In this document: in pieces, positions 1 to 8,724 of the stretch
Layout of the letters: every line of letters starts with the position of its first letter
Numbering within the stretch: the first letter of the stretch is position 1
DNA from: Thermodesulfobacteriota bacterium
GTDB taxonomy: Bacteria > Desulfobacterota > Desulfobulbia > Desulfobulbales > SURF-16
Reading direction: 5' to 3'
Assembly (NCBI GenBank): GCA_040755455.1
Contig: JBFMAY010000039.1
Coordinates: 1-38,601 of the forward strand
DNA: 38,601 nt
The notes under the pieces: generated by a model
Told to the model about the DNA's origin: nothing
Database searches by the model: none
The model's input: the letters and a program-made list of their open reading frames with translations, nothing else
Program-made: the position numbers and the translations under genes

Positions 1-126
1 TGCCTATCCTGCTCGCCTCAGACCTCCTTGCGCAGGCACCCTCCGTGCCTTGGTGGAATGGAGCCCGGTTAATCCTTCAGGCCAGTGCATGTTAGTTCAT
101 TTATACTCCGTGGAAATCCAGGCTAG
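1..126 (+). mobile_element. Probable 3' end of an IS (transposase C-terminus plus right end), cut by the window edge
   Basis: Frame 3 reads PILLASDLLAQAPSVPWWNGARLILQASAC* (stop 93-95), resembling the 'P.L.....VPW.GG..L' tail I associate with some IS transposases. It is followed by GTGGAAATCCAGG-CTAG, which resembles an IS right end. Family not assignable. Confidence 0.4.
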
Positions 127-205
127 CATGACTTTTGTGCGTTGTTCAGTTGAATAACCAGAGTGTCATCAAATTCAATGATTACAAGGAGAGAGGGGGG
201 ATTTT

Positions 206-994
206 ATGAGGAAAATCTTTTTTCTAGAAGTTGTTATCTCATTTTTTGTAACTGTCTTGCCGTGGCTGCCATCACATGCAGGAACCGTGACCTATACCTA
301 CGACGATGTCAACCGGCTGCAGCAAGTGGTCACAAAGAACGAACACCGGGTTGATTATACCTACGATGCGGTGGGTAACAGGCAAAAGCTCACTTCAGTA
401 AACTTGGGCAGCATTGCCGCGCCCTCGCTCAATGCCATACCCTCTGCCGATACTGATTTTGTCGTGTATTTTGACGGGTCCGGCTCCGCCTGCTTTGAGG
501 ACGGAGTGGAAAAGACCTGTGATTATTACCTGGATTTTGGCGGAGCGGGCACGGTTGTCGGTGGCAACGGGATTGATGTCTGGGTTTACGAATATGATGT
601 CCCGGGCGCCTATGCCGCCACCCTCACCGCTTCATTTGTTGACAGCGCCGGCACTTTAATCGCGGATAGCCAGACAGTTTCCGTCGCCCCCCTGGCGGTG
701 GAAAAAACAAAACCGGCCATTGATTTCATGACCTCGGTAAATGCCACCACGGTCACCATAACAGCCGCCATGCCGGCTGACATCACAACCGCCACAATCA
801 ACTGGGGCGACAGGACAACTAACCAATCCCTTGATCCGCTAAACGATTTCTCCACTGGCATAACTCATACCTACTCCCGGGGTGGTCGAAGTTACAATAT
901 CAGAATTGAGGCTGTCCTGGACATCGATTCAAATGAGAACACCTTTGATTACACCTATCTGGATGATGGAGATCTGATGGTGAGTATCCCTTAA
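206..994 (+). CDS. Secreted protein: signal peptide, two YD/RHS repeats, two PKD-like beta-sandwich domains
   Basis: Purine-rich RBS; MRKIFF..PSHA signal peptide; TYTYDDVNRL and DYTYDAVGNR repeats; PKD-like motifs LDFGG..YEYDVPGAYAATLT and INWGD..THTYSRGGRSYNI. Confidence 0.8.
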   Translation: MRKIFFLEVVISFFVTVLPWLPSHAGTVTYTYDDVNRLQQVVTKNEHRVDYTYDAVGNRQKLTSVNLGSIAAPSLNAIPSADTDFVVYFDGSGSACFEDGVEKTCDYYLDFGGAGTVVGGNGIDVWVYEYDVPGAYAATLTASFVDSAGTLIADSQTVSVAPLAVEKTKPAIDFMTSVNATTVTITAAMPADITTATINWGDRTTNQSLDPLNDFSTGITHTYSRGGRSYNIRIEAVLDIDSNENTFDYTYLDDGDLMVSIP

Positions 995-1150
995 AACTGC
1001 CCAACAATTGCTACTCATTTCTCAAACTTCACTATAAATACGCAACAGGATATTGAAATGGATTTTTTAAAGAAATTTGGAGTGTTATGGGAGTTGTCCA
1101 GCATCGGTGCGGGGTATTATACAAACCTGCCGAAAATAAGAGTGAGAAGT

Positions 1151-4100
1151 ATGAAAAGAATAATGTTTTCTTTTTATTTTTTTATTCTGTGTTTCTCGTT
1201 ATTTCCTTCTTTTTCCTATTCTACAAATACCTGTGAAACAAAAGGGGATTGTGTTCTCCTTGTGAGAAGGATTACTGTCGAAACTTCTACCAAAGATGAA
1301 TGGCTAACACCCTATTCAGTAACAGGTTGGGATCATTCTTGCGCTTGGTTGGATAAAATTCTTACGGGGAGTAATTTTAAAGTTCCTGCTGGAACTCCTT
1401 ATTATTTTATAAAATTTGATAAATATTACTGGCATCGTGAATTACAGCAATGGTCTAACCATGGCGTTGGTGAGTATCTTGTTTTTGCCTCCCCTACTGG
1501 CGGTGCTCCAGGAGAGGATGTTTTTACTTATACATCATTTAATCCAAATGATGCCTTGCAAGGAGGCTGCGGTGATCTATCAGTACCCCTAGACCTGGAG
1601 CAAGGGATTGACGACAAAGATATCTGTCATCAAAATGACGATTCTCCAAACAACACCCCGCAATATCTCGGCAATCCGATAAACATTCTGAACGGTAACA
1701 AATACGAATCAGCCACAGACTTGGTTCTACCCACCCCAAACAGGCAACAGATCCGATTCAGCCGCGCTTATAACAGCCAATCAACTCTTACCGGAACCTT
1801 GGGGTATGGCTGGACACACAGCTATTCCGCAAATCTGTCATTTGTCATCTTGTGGGGGGATGAACATATCCGCATCGAGGATCAGTCTGGACGCGGGCAC
1901 TATTTCAAGCAAGGGGTTGACAACAGATGGTACGGCGATTTCAAAGAAAAATCATTTGTCATCGCTGAAACAGACGGTAGCTACGCCTGGCACAAAACAG
2001 ACGGGACCGAGTACAGATTTAATGGTGCGGGTTTCCTGACTTGGCTAAAAGACGAATTTGGGAACCGGCAGGACTTCACCCCTGATGCCAATAACCGGCT
2101 TGCCAGCCTCATTGACCAGGCCAGCGGACGCAGCCTCACTTTCACCTATAATGCCAACGGTCTGCTGGAAAGTATAATCGGTCCGGTTACTGATGCAGTT
2201 ACCGATGGCGTATGGGTAACATACGGCTATGATACTGATAGTAATCTTACTTCCGTGACCTATGCGGACGGTTCCGGTTTTGATTATGAGTATGACGCCT
2301 CTCATCATCTAACTGCCAAAAAGGATAAGATGGACCATGTCCTGACAACCTGGACCTATGATGCCCAGGGCAGGGCTATATCAAGTATTGCCAGGGACCC
2401 CAAGAAAACCGTTACCGTCAACTATGACAACTATGAAACGGCGGGCACTATAGATGTCAGCGACAGCTACGGTGTTACCCACACGTATACCATCACCAAG
2501 ATCAACGATTTATATCCCCGCGTCACCGATATCACAGGCCCCGGCGGTTGTACGAGCTGTGCTGGTGAAAAACCGGTACACTATGTCTACGATGCCCTTT
2601 TGAACGTGACGGAAGAGGAATACGCCAATGGCAAGGCCATCAGGTACACCCCAGATGAACGTGGGAATCCGACGACCATCAAATATGGCTTCTATGACGC
2701 GAATCGCACCTTTACCATTCTCCGGACAATCGATTACCAATACCATGAAATCCTCAATACTCCTCTCAGCCGCACGGAAGCTTCGGTACTTGGTGCGGGC
2801 AACAAGGTAACCACCTGGGATTACGACGATGACGGAGGCACTGGCCTGCCGAATGAAAATCCTACTTTGCTTATTCACCGCAAAATAGAAAGAGGTAACA
2901 CTAACGATCAAAATGGGCCAGTGCCTTACGAATACGTTACTGAGTACACTTACAATACCAAGAAACAGCTGATCAGTATCGATGGGCCAGTTGGCGGCAC
3001 GGCTGACACCACGACCTTCACCTATGACCCGGTAACCGGTGACTTGCTCACTGTTATCAGGCCCGTTGTCGGCACCGTTACGTTTGGCAATTACGATGAT
3101 GCCGGCAACCCCAGGAGCATGACTGATGTCAACGGCCAGCAGACCGGTTTCACCTATGACGGCAGAAACCGGCAACTCTCGTCAACCATTAATGGCATTG
3201 AGAACTCCAGGAGCTTCAATGCGGCCGGGGATCTCGAAGCGATTACCGATCCCGCCGGTCGGGCTTTGACCTATTCATATTATAACTCCGGCCGGTTGCA
3301 CCGCATCACCGACATGCCGGGCAACGCTCTTTCCTATGGTTATGACGTCCAAGGAAGTCTCACCGAGGATTACACCTATGACAGCACCGGTGTCAAAAAA
3401 CAGTGGCTTAACTATGATTACAATAATCCCGATGATCCGGGCCGGCTGTGGCGGGTCCTCTATCCTGATGGTGGGGCTACCCATTACCTCTATGACAATT
3501 TCGGCAACATCAGTTCCGTGACCGACCCCTTAAACAAGACCACCAGCTATCAGTATGACGCCTTGAATCAACTCAGGCAGATTGATCAGCCCGGCCCGAC
3601 CATCACGAAATATGATGACTACGACAGCCAGGGCAACCTGAAAACGGTGACCGATGCCACCCTGAAATCGACAGGCTATGAATATGACGATATGGGTAGG
3701 GTACTCAAGGCCGACTCGCCTGATGCCGGCATGATTAGCTATGTGTATGATACGGTCAACAATCGGATGTACAGCACGGATGCAAACGGCCTTACCTCGG
3801 CCTACAGCTTTGATGATATTGGCAGATTGACCGGGGTTACCTTCTCGGACGGTTCGCCAACGGAAACAATAGGCTATGACGCCAACAGCTACGGCATGGG
3901 CCGGTTGACCGCGTTCACTGACTCTGCAGGCGGAACGGAATTTTCCTACAACAGTCTTGGTCAACTGATCCAGGAGACACGGACTAACAGCGGCATGACG
4001 GACCTTCCCACGGTCTACGGCTATAACTCGACCAATGCCGACCTGGACAGCATCACCTATCCGAGCGGCCTGGTTGTATCCTATGGGCGTGACAGCAACG

Positions 4101-5413
4101 GCCGGATCGCCACGATCCTGGCGGACAATGTCCCTCTCATCGGCTCGATCAGCTATATGCCCTTTGGTCCGGCTGAGGATTATGATATGATTGCAGGCGG
4201 GGCCGTCCTGCTGCATGTTGACCGGACCTTCAATGAACGGTATCTGCCGACCCGTATCCAGGCCGGCACCGTGATGGATTACCAGTACAAATATTACGCT
4301 GACGGCAGTGTCTGGAAGATCAGCGGTGTGCCGACCACAACCGTCAATCAGGAAGTAACCGACTCCTATCAGGTCTCAGGCACCAACCAGCTTGATTACA
4401 GCGTAACCGACACCAACCCGCCAGTGCAGTATGGCTATGATGCCAACGGCAACACCATTTCGGACGGCAGCAAAACATTTGCCTATGACCGGCATAACCG
4501 ACTGGTCAGTATCACCCAGGGGACGGAAACCCTGGCCGAATATGCCTATGACTTCCAGGGCAGGCGGGTGAAGAAGACAGTCGGAGGCATGGCTACCAGT
4601 TATGTCTATGATGCAAACAACAATCTTATTGCCGAAACTGATGGTAACGGTACACCTCTGAGGGATTACATCTACCTTGGCAGTGCGCCGGTGGCCATGA
4701 AGGTCTACGGAGCACAGGCAGGAATTTACTATTTCATTAACGACCACCTGGGCACCCCGCAGAAGATTGTTGACAGCACCGGCACTATGGTCTGGGAGGC
4801 AGCCTATCTGCCCTTCGGCCAGGCCCAGGTGTTGGTGGCGACCATCGACAACAACCTGCGCTTTCCGGGCCAGTATTTTGATGCTGAAACGGGATTGCAT
4901 TATAACTGGCACAGATATTATGATCCGGCCACTGGTCGCTATTTAACCCCTGATCCGATTGGGCTTGAAGGGGGGATGAACCTCTACTCCTATAGCTACC
5001 AAAATCCAGTCAATTATGTTGATCCGTTCGGGCTGGCTCCAGGTGATTTATTTAAAAGTATTGATGATGCGGCAATTGATGCGATTGGTTATTCCATGCC
5101 AAAGTCTGAAAAAGCAGGACGTGAATATGGAGGCTATATTTATGAAACTCCTGACGGAATGTATTCTTACGCACCGCCTGTTCAAGGCGATAAAACTGGA
5201 ATGAATACATCAGACTTTGAATGTGTACCTGAAAAAACAGAAAAAGAAGGCATATATCATACTCATCCTGGAGACAGCAAAATGGCACCGTACTTCTCTC
5301 CATTTGATTATATCACATCCGGTCTGCAAGGTGTGCCTATCTACCTCGGTACCAATAAAGGCACAATTAAAAAGCACACTCCAGGTATAGGCGATAAGAC
5401 ACTGAGGTATTAA
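1151..5413 (+). CDS. Rhs/YD-repeat polymorphic toxin with signal peptide, DUF6531-like domain, RHS core and C-terminal JAB/DUF4329-like toxin
   Basis: The start at 1151 gives a signal peptide (MKRIMFSFYFFILCFSLF..YS); the ORF is open from 1058. GNPINILNGNKY..FSRAYNS..LGYGWTHSY; many YD repeats; DHLGTP, RFPGQYFDAETGLHYNWHRYYDPATGRYLTPDPIGL and NPVNYVDPFGL cleavage motif. The tip (5036-5413) has REYGG..YHTHP..FSPFD. Confidence 0.95.
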   Translation: MKRIMFSFYFFILCFSLFPSFSYSTNTCETKGDCVLLVRRITVETSTKDEWLTPYSVTGWDHSCAWLDKILTGSNFKVPAGTPYYFIKFDKYYWHRELQQWSNHGVGEYLVFASPTGGAPGEDVFTYTSFNPNDALQGGCGDLSVPLDLEQGIDDKDICHQNDDSPNNTPQYLGNPINILNGNKYESATDLVLPTPNRQQIRFSRAYNSQSTLTGTLGYGWTHSYSANLSFVILWGDEHIRIEDQSGRGHYFKQGVDNRWYGDFKEKSFVIAETDGSYAWHKTDGTEYRFNGAGFLTWLKDEFGNRQDFTPDANNRLASLIDQASGRSLTFTYNANGLLESIIGPVTDAVTDGVWVTYGYDTDSNLTSVTYADGSGFDYEYDASHHLTAKKDKMDHVLTTWTYDAQGRAISSIARDPKKTVTVNYDNYETAGTIDVSDSYGVTHTYTITKINDLYPRVTDITGPGGCTSCAGEKPVHYVYDALLNVTEEEYANGKAIRYTPDERGNPTTIKYGFYDANRTFTILRTIDYQYHEILNTPLSRTEASVLGAGNKVTTWDYDDDGGTGLPNENPTLLIHRKIERGNTNDQNGPVPYEYVTEYTYNTKKQLISIDGPVGGTADTTTFTYDPVTGDLLTVIRPVVGTVTFGNYDDAGNPRSMTDVNGQQTGFTYDGRNRQLSSTINGIENSRSFNAAGDLEAITDPAGRALTYSYYNSGRLHRITDMPGNALSYGYDVQGSLTEDYTYDSTGVKKQWLNYDYNNPDDPGRLWRVLYPDGGATHYLYDNFGNISSVTDPLNKTTSYQYDALNQLRQIDQPGPTITKYDDYDSQGNLKTVTDATLKSTGYEYDDMGRVLKADSPDAGMISYVYDTVNNRMYSTDANGLTSAYSFDDIGRLTGVTFSDGSPTETIGYDANSYGMGRLTAFTDSAGGTEFSYNSLGQLIQETRTNSGMTDLPTVYGYNSTNADLDSITYPSGLVVSYGRDSNGRIATILADNVPLIGSISYMPFGPAEDYDMIAGGAVLLHVDRTFNERYLPTRIQAGTVMDYQYKYYADGSVWKISGVPTTTVNQEVTDSYQVSGTNQLDYSVTDTNPPVQYGYDANGNTISDGSKTFAYDRHNRLVSITQGTETLAEYAYDFQGRRVKKTVGGMATSYVYDANNNLIAETDGNGTPLRDYIYLGSAPVAMKVYGAQAGIYYFINDHLGTPQKIVDSTGTMVWEAAYLPFGQAQVLVATIDNNLRFPGQYFDAETGLHYNWHRYYDPATGRYLTPDPIGLEGGMNLYSYSYQNPVNYVDPFGLAPGDLFKSIDDAAIDAIGYSMPKSEKAGREYGGYIYETPDGMYSYAPPVQGDKTGMNTSDFECVPEKTEKEGIYHTHPGDSKMAPYFSPFDYITSGLQGVPIYLGTNKGTIKKHTPGIGDKTLRY

Positions 5414-5417
5414 TATA

Positions 5418-5804
5418 ATGAAAATACAAATAATTTTAATCTGGATTACATTATTCTTTCTCACTGCATGTACCGGTACTCTCACGTCAGAAATTATTAG
5501 CCAGCAAGAAGCAATAAGGATAGCTACCAAAGTAGCAAACCAAAATGGCTATAACACTGACAATAAAGATATTGAAATCCTAAAGGTTGCCGAAGGCGTT
5601 GAAAGGGGACCTGTAAGGATGTCATGGGTTATAGCTCGGCTTTCTTCTAAAGATGAAGTGAATAAAATATTAAATAGTAAGTTTTGGATTATTTACTTTT
5701 ACCCTCAAAAAGCTTTTGAGGGTAGTGGTATCCTAGGGGGAGGTTTTTGTTCTCTTATCGATATGACAACCGGAGAAGTCATTCAACACTTTAATGATAT
5801 GTAG
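5418..5804 (+). CDS. Putative cognate immunity lipoprotein (PepSY-like)
   Basis: Starts 4 bp after the Rhs stop; AT-rich like the toxin tip; lipobox LTA-C18; ISQQEAIRIA...IDMTTGEVI pattern. Confidence 0.75.
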   Translation: MKIQIILIWITLFFLTACTGTLTSEIISQQEAIRIATKVANQNGYNTDNKDIEILKVAEGVERGPVRMSWVIARLSSKDEVNKILNSKFWIIYFYPQKAFEGSGILGGGFCSLIDMTTGEVIQHFNDM

Positions 5805-5829
5805 TCAAAAAGTACTTTGATTTAGCTTT

Positions 5830-5870
5830 AAGGCGGTTGAGGATTTTTGCCTCAACCGCCTTTCCTTTTT
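5830..5870 (+). terminator. Rho-independent terminator of the Rhs-immunity operon
   Basis: 13-bp perfect stem AAGGCGGTTGAGG / CCTCAACCGCCTT followed by a T-rich tract. Confidence 0.85.
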
Positions 5871-5931
5871 CTGCAATTTTGTTGATGATTAAAAAACAGC
5901 TCTCTACGGGGCAATGCGCATCGGAATATCT

Positions 5932-5961
5932 TGGCACAGATATTATGATCCGGCCACTGGT
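5932..5961 (+). repeat. Exact 30-bp copy of Rhs core sequence 4907-4936 (WHRYYDPATG); orphan-module scar
   Basis: TGGCACAGATATTATGATCCGGCCACTGGT is present at both positions. Confidence 0.9.
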
Positions 5962-5974
5962 GCTCCGCCATGTT

Positions 5975-6059
5975 GCATAATTTGTTATGTAAGAGTGCGG
6001 AGGCGGGAGCCGTACCGAGCTTGCTACCGCACTCTTACATACCCCATTTTATGCGCCCG
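5975..6059. repeat. Inverted pair of dif-like / tyrosine-recombinase core-type sites
   Basis: Perfect 15-bp inverted repeat 5986-6000 / 6027-6041, flanked by GCATAA (5975-5980) and TTATGC (6049-6054). Confidence 0.5.
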
Positions 6060-6318
6060 CCAGGGACGGTATCCGATGCTTTAGCCGCCGGACATAGCCT
6101 GAAAAAATATGATTTATGCCCTTCAGGTGCAATCATAATTTGGGATGATCAAATTGTTGTCCCATATCCCTTTCGTGAAAGGGAATGACATCACACTAAA
6201 ACTACTTCAGGCCAGATTCAGTTTGAAAAGATATCCTCTGGCAACCCTTGGTCTGGAGTAGCATACCAAAACTTGAGATACTGGCACTGGAGATGTTAGG
6301 ATTTGTTAAAAAAAGAGA

Positions 6319-6903
6319 TCAGCCGCCACTTGAGTTCTCAAATTCCTTGGCTCGATGTTTCTCAAGGTACCGGTAAAATGTTCTCTTGCTCACATTTAAC
6401 CGGTTGCAAATATTAGCCACTGTCGTGTTCTTATCCTTATATAAAATCAGGGCCAACTGGAACGTTTCCGCATCCATAACCTTCGGTCTCCCTCCTTGCC
6501 TTCCCCGGGCTCTTGCACTGACAAGACCGGCCATGGTTCTTTCCCGGATCAGATTTCGTTCCAACTCGGCAAATGCGCCGGTAATATGAAAAAAGAACTG
6601 CCCGGTTGGTGTGGTGGTGTCAATGGCCTCGACAAGACTTTTGAAACCGACTTTGCGATCTTTGAGAGCGTTGATCAGCTCAATGAGCTGCCTCAGGCTT
6701 CGGCCCAGACGATCCAGCCGCCAGACAACCAGGGTGTCGCCGGGCCTGAGATAGGAAAGGGCCTCATTTAATATTTTCCTCTCCGCCTTGACGCCACTGA
6801 TAATTTCTTTATAGATTTTGTCACAGCCCTCTTTTTTCAAAGCCTCGACCTGGAGATCCAGATTCTGATTCTGGGTTGAAACCCGCGCATATCCTATCAA
6901 CAT
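6319..6903 (-). CDS. Serine recombinase (resolvase/invertase family) with C-terminal HTH
   Basis: MLIGYARVSTQNQ, VVWRLDRLGRS, AFAELERNLIRERT, GRQGGRP, then HTH (VSKRTFYRYL). GGAGG lies 9 nt before the ATG at 6903. Confidence 0.95.
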   Translation of the reverse strand: MLIGYARVSTQNQNLDLQVEALKKEGCDKIYKEIISGVKAERKILNEALSYLRPGDTLVVWRLDRLGRSLRQLIELINALKDRKVGFKSLVEAIDTTTPTGQFFFHITGAFAELERNLIRERTMAGLVSARARGRQGGRPKVMDAETFQLALILYKDKNTTVANICNRLNVSKRTFYRYLEKHRAKEFENSSGG

Positions 6904-6920
6904 TATTTTCATCCTCCGAA

Positions 6921-7056
6921 TTGTGCCAAAACCATTATCATGGTACATATACTGGCATGTTGAATTTGTCATCTGCTTTGGCACACATTTTCATCTATTC
7001 ACGGCTTTTATATTGAGAAGCTTGGGAGTGTGCCTGAAACGATGGTTTTTGGCACA
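6921..7056. promoter_or_regulatory. Probable res site between the divergent resolvase and transposase genes
   Basis: Repeated half-sites TGTGCCAAA/TTTGGCACA at 6922-6947, 6977-6985, and a 28-bp TGTGCC..GGCACA dyad at 7029-7056. Confidence 0.65.
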
Positions 7057-7062
7057 GAAATT

Positions 7063-8724
7063 ATGAGCAAGAAAATCCCGGAAGAGAGGTTGTTGGAACT
7101 AAAGAAGCGTTTAGATCTTCTGCCGCCGCGAAACCCTGAACGGATGAAGATGATCAAAATCTTCGCCGACCTCTATGCTGTCTCTGTCAGTGCCGTTTAT
7201 CGTGCAGTAAGGGAAAAACGTACCCCGAAATCTCTGCGCCGTGCCGATGCAGGACGTACCAGGGTTTTACCTAATGCAGAAATGGAGTTGTATTGTCAAA
7301 TTATTGCTGCCATGAAACTGAAGACCAGCAATAAAAAAGGGCATCACCTCCCCACGACGGAAGCCCTTCGCCTTCTCGAAAACTATGGCGTCGAAACCAA
7401 CCAAGGCCTGAAAAAACCTCCAAAAGATATACTGAAAAAGGCCACAGTCAACCGTTACTTAAAAAAATGGGGATATGATTTTCGTTCCCTGAGTGTGGAA
7501 CCTGCAGCTGTAAGATTTCAGGCCAAATATTCAAACGATTGCTGGCATTTTGATTTGAGTCCATCGGATTTGAAACAGTTAGCGGAATGGCCCTCATGGA
7601 TTGAGAACCGGAAAAGCAGGCCCACACTCATGCTTTATAGCGTAGTCGATGACCGAAGCGGTGTCGCTTACCAGGAATATCACGTTGTTTTTGGAGAGGA
7701 TGTTGAGGCGGCTCTCCGTTTTCTTTACCGGGCGATGGCAGTAAAAGAGATTGAAGGCTTTCCTTTCCAGGGTATTCCGCAAATGATCTACACGGATAAC
7801 GGTCCGATTGCCAAAAGCCAGGTATTTCAAAAGGTTTTGGAATATCTCGGCATTGACCTGCGAACACATATGCCGAAGGGAAAGGATGGTCGCCGTACCA
7901 CGGCCCGGGCAAAAGGAAAAGTTGAACGACCCTTTCGAACAATCAAAGAAATCCATGAAACACTCTATCATTTTCATACACCAAAAGATAAGGAGGAAGC
8001 AAACAATTGGCTCTTGAATTATGTTCTCCGTTATAACGAAAAGAGCCATCGATCAGAAAATCATTCGCGGATAGAGGATTGGATAAAAAATCTGCCGGCT
8101 TCCGGGCTGCGGAAGGTGTGCTCATGGGATAGATTTGCAACTTTCGCAAGGGAACCGGAACGTCGGAAAGTAGCTGGTGATGCAACTATTAAGGTGAATG
8201 GCGGAACGTATCGAGTCGACTCGGATCTTGCCGGACATGATGTGGTTTTATGGTGGGGGCTTTTTGACACGGAACTGTACATAGAGCATGGAGAGGAAAA
8301 ATTCGGCCCATTTCATCCCGATGATGGACCCATTCCCCTTCATAAATTCCGTGCCATGCGCAAAACCAAGGCAGAAAAGAGAGCGGATTCCATTGAAAAA
8401 CTGGCCAAGGAAATTGCACTACCCAAAGAGGCCCTCACCGATGACAGCAGAACAATGGCAGCGTTTAAGAGATGTCTTTTCGAGGGAACACCTGTCGTTC
8501 CCTTTAAAGATCCTGATCCTTTTCAAGAATTCACCTATCCTGGCATCCTGGAAGCTAAAAAGGCCATAGCAAATTATCTGGGTATTCCTCTCTCCAAGCT
8601 GTCGGAAGAGGAAAAAGAGAAAATCGATACAATATTATCCGGCTCTCTTCAAAAGAAAGAAATCATGGATGAGGTCAGACGATATTTTCGGCAACAACGA
8701 CAAGGGGTAAGAGATGTTAAGTGA
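7063..8724 (+). CDS. DDE transposase (rve / Mu-like)
   Basis: WHFDLSPSD, VVDDRSG, IYTDNG, AKGKVERPF (D-D-E); N-terminal HTH. The ORF is open from GTG 7030, which lies within res, so ATG 7063 is preferred. Confidence 0.9.
   Translation: MSKKIPEERLLELKKRLDLLPPRNPERMKMIKIFADLYAVSVSAVYRAVREKRTPKSLRRADAGRTRVLPNAEMELYCQIIAAMKLKTSNKKGHHLPTTEALRLLENYGVETNQGLKKPPKDILKKATVNRYLKKWGYDFRSLSVEPAAVRFQAKYSNDCWHFDLSPSDLKQLAEWPSWIENRKSRPTLMLYSVVDDRSGVAYQEYHVVFGEDVEAALRFLYRAMAVKEIEGFPFQGIPQMIYTDNGPIAKSQVFQKVLEYLGIDLRTHMPKGKDGRRTTARAKGKVERPFRTIKEIHETLYHFHTPKDKEEANNWLLNYVLRYNEKSHRSENHSRIEDWIKNLPASGLRKVCSWDRFATFAREPERRKVAGDATIKVNGGTYRVDSDLAGHDVVLWWGLFDTELYIEHGEEKFGPFHPDDGPIPLHKFRAMRKTKAEKRADSIEKLAKEIALPKEALTDDSRTMAAFKRCLFEGTPVVPFKDPDPFQEFTYPGILEAKKAIANYLGIPLSKLSEEEKEKIDTILSGSLQKKEIMDEVRRYFRQQRQGVRDVK

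Noticed and set aside
5970..6059. The chromosomal dif site
   Set aside because: One copy has a 4-bp spacer and the other a weak XerD arm, and they are paired in a mobile context. Kept only as dif-like.
5970..6318. 72-aa ORF and a possible minus-strand NUDIX-like fragment (TVPGGRIKWG)
   Set aside because: Short, interrupted by stops, no full motif; not supportable.
6977..7066. TGGCAC motifs as sigma54 promoters
   Set aside because: No correctly spaced TGC at -12; they form dyads consistent with resolvase binding sites.
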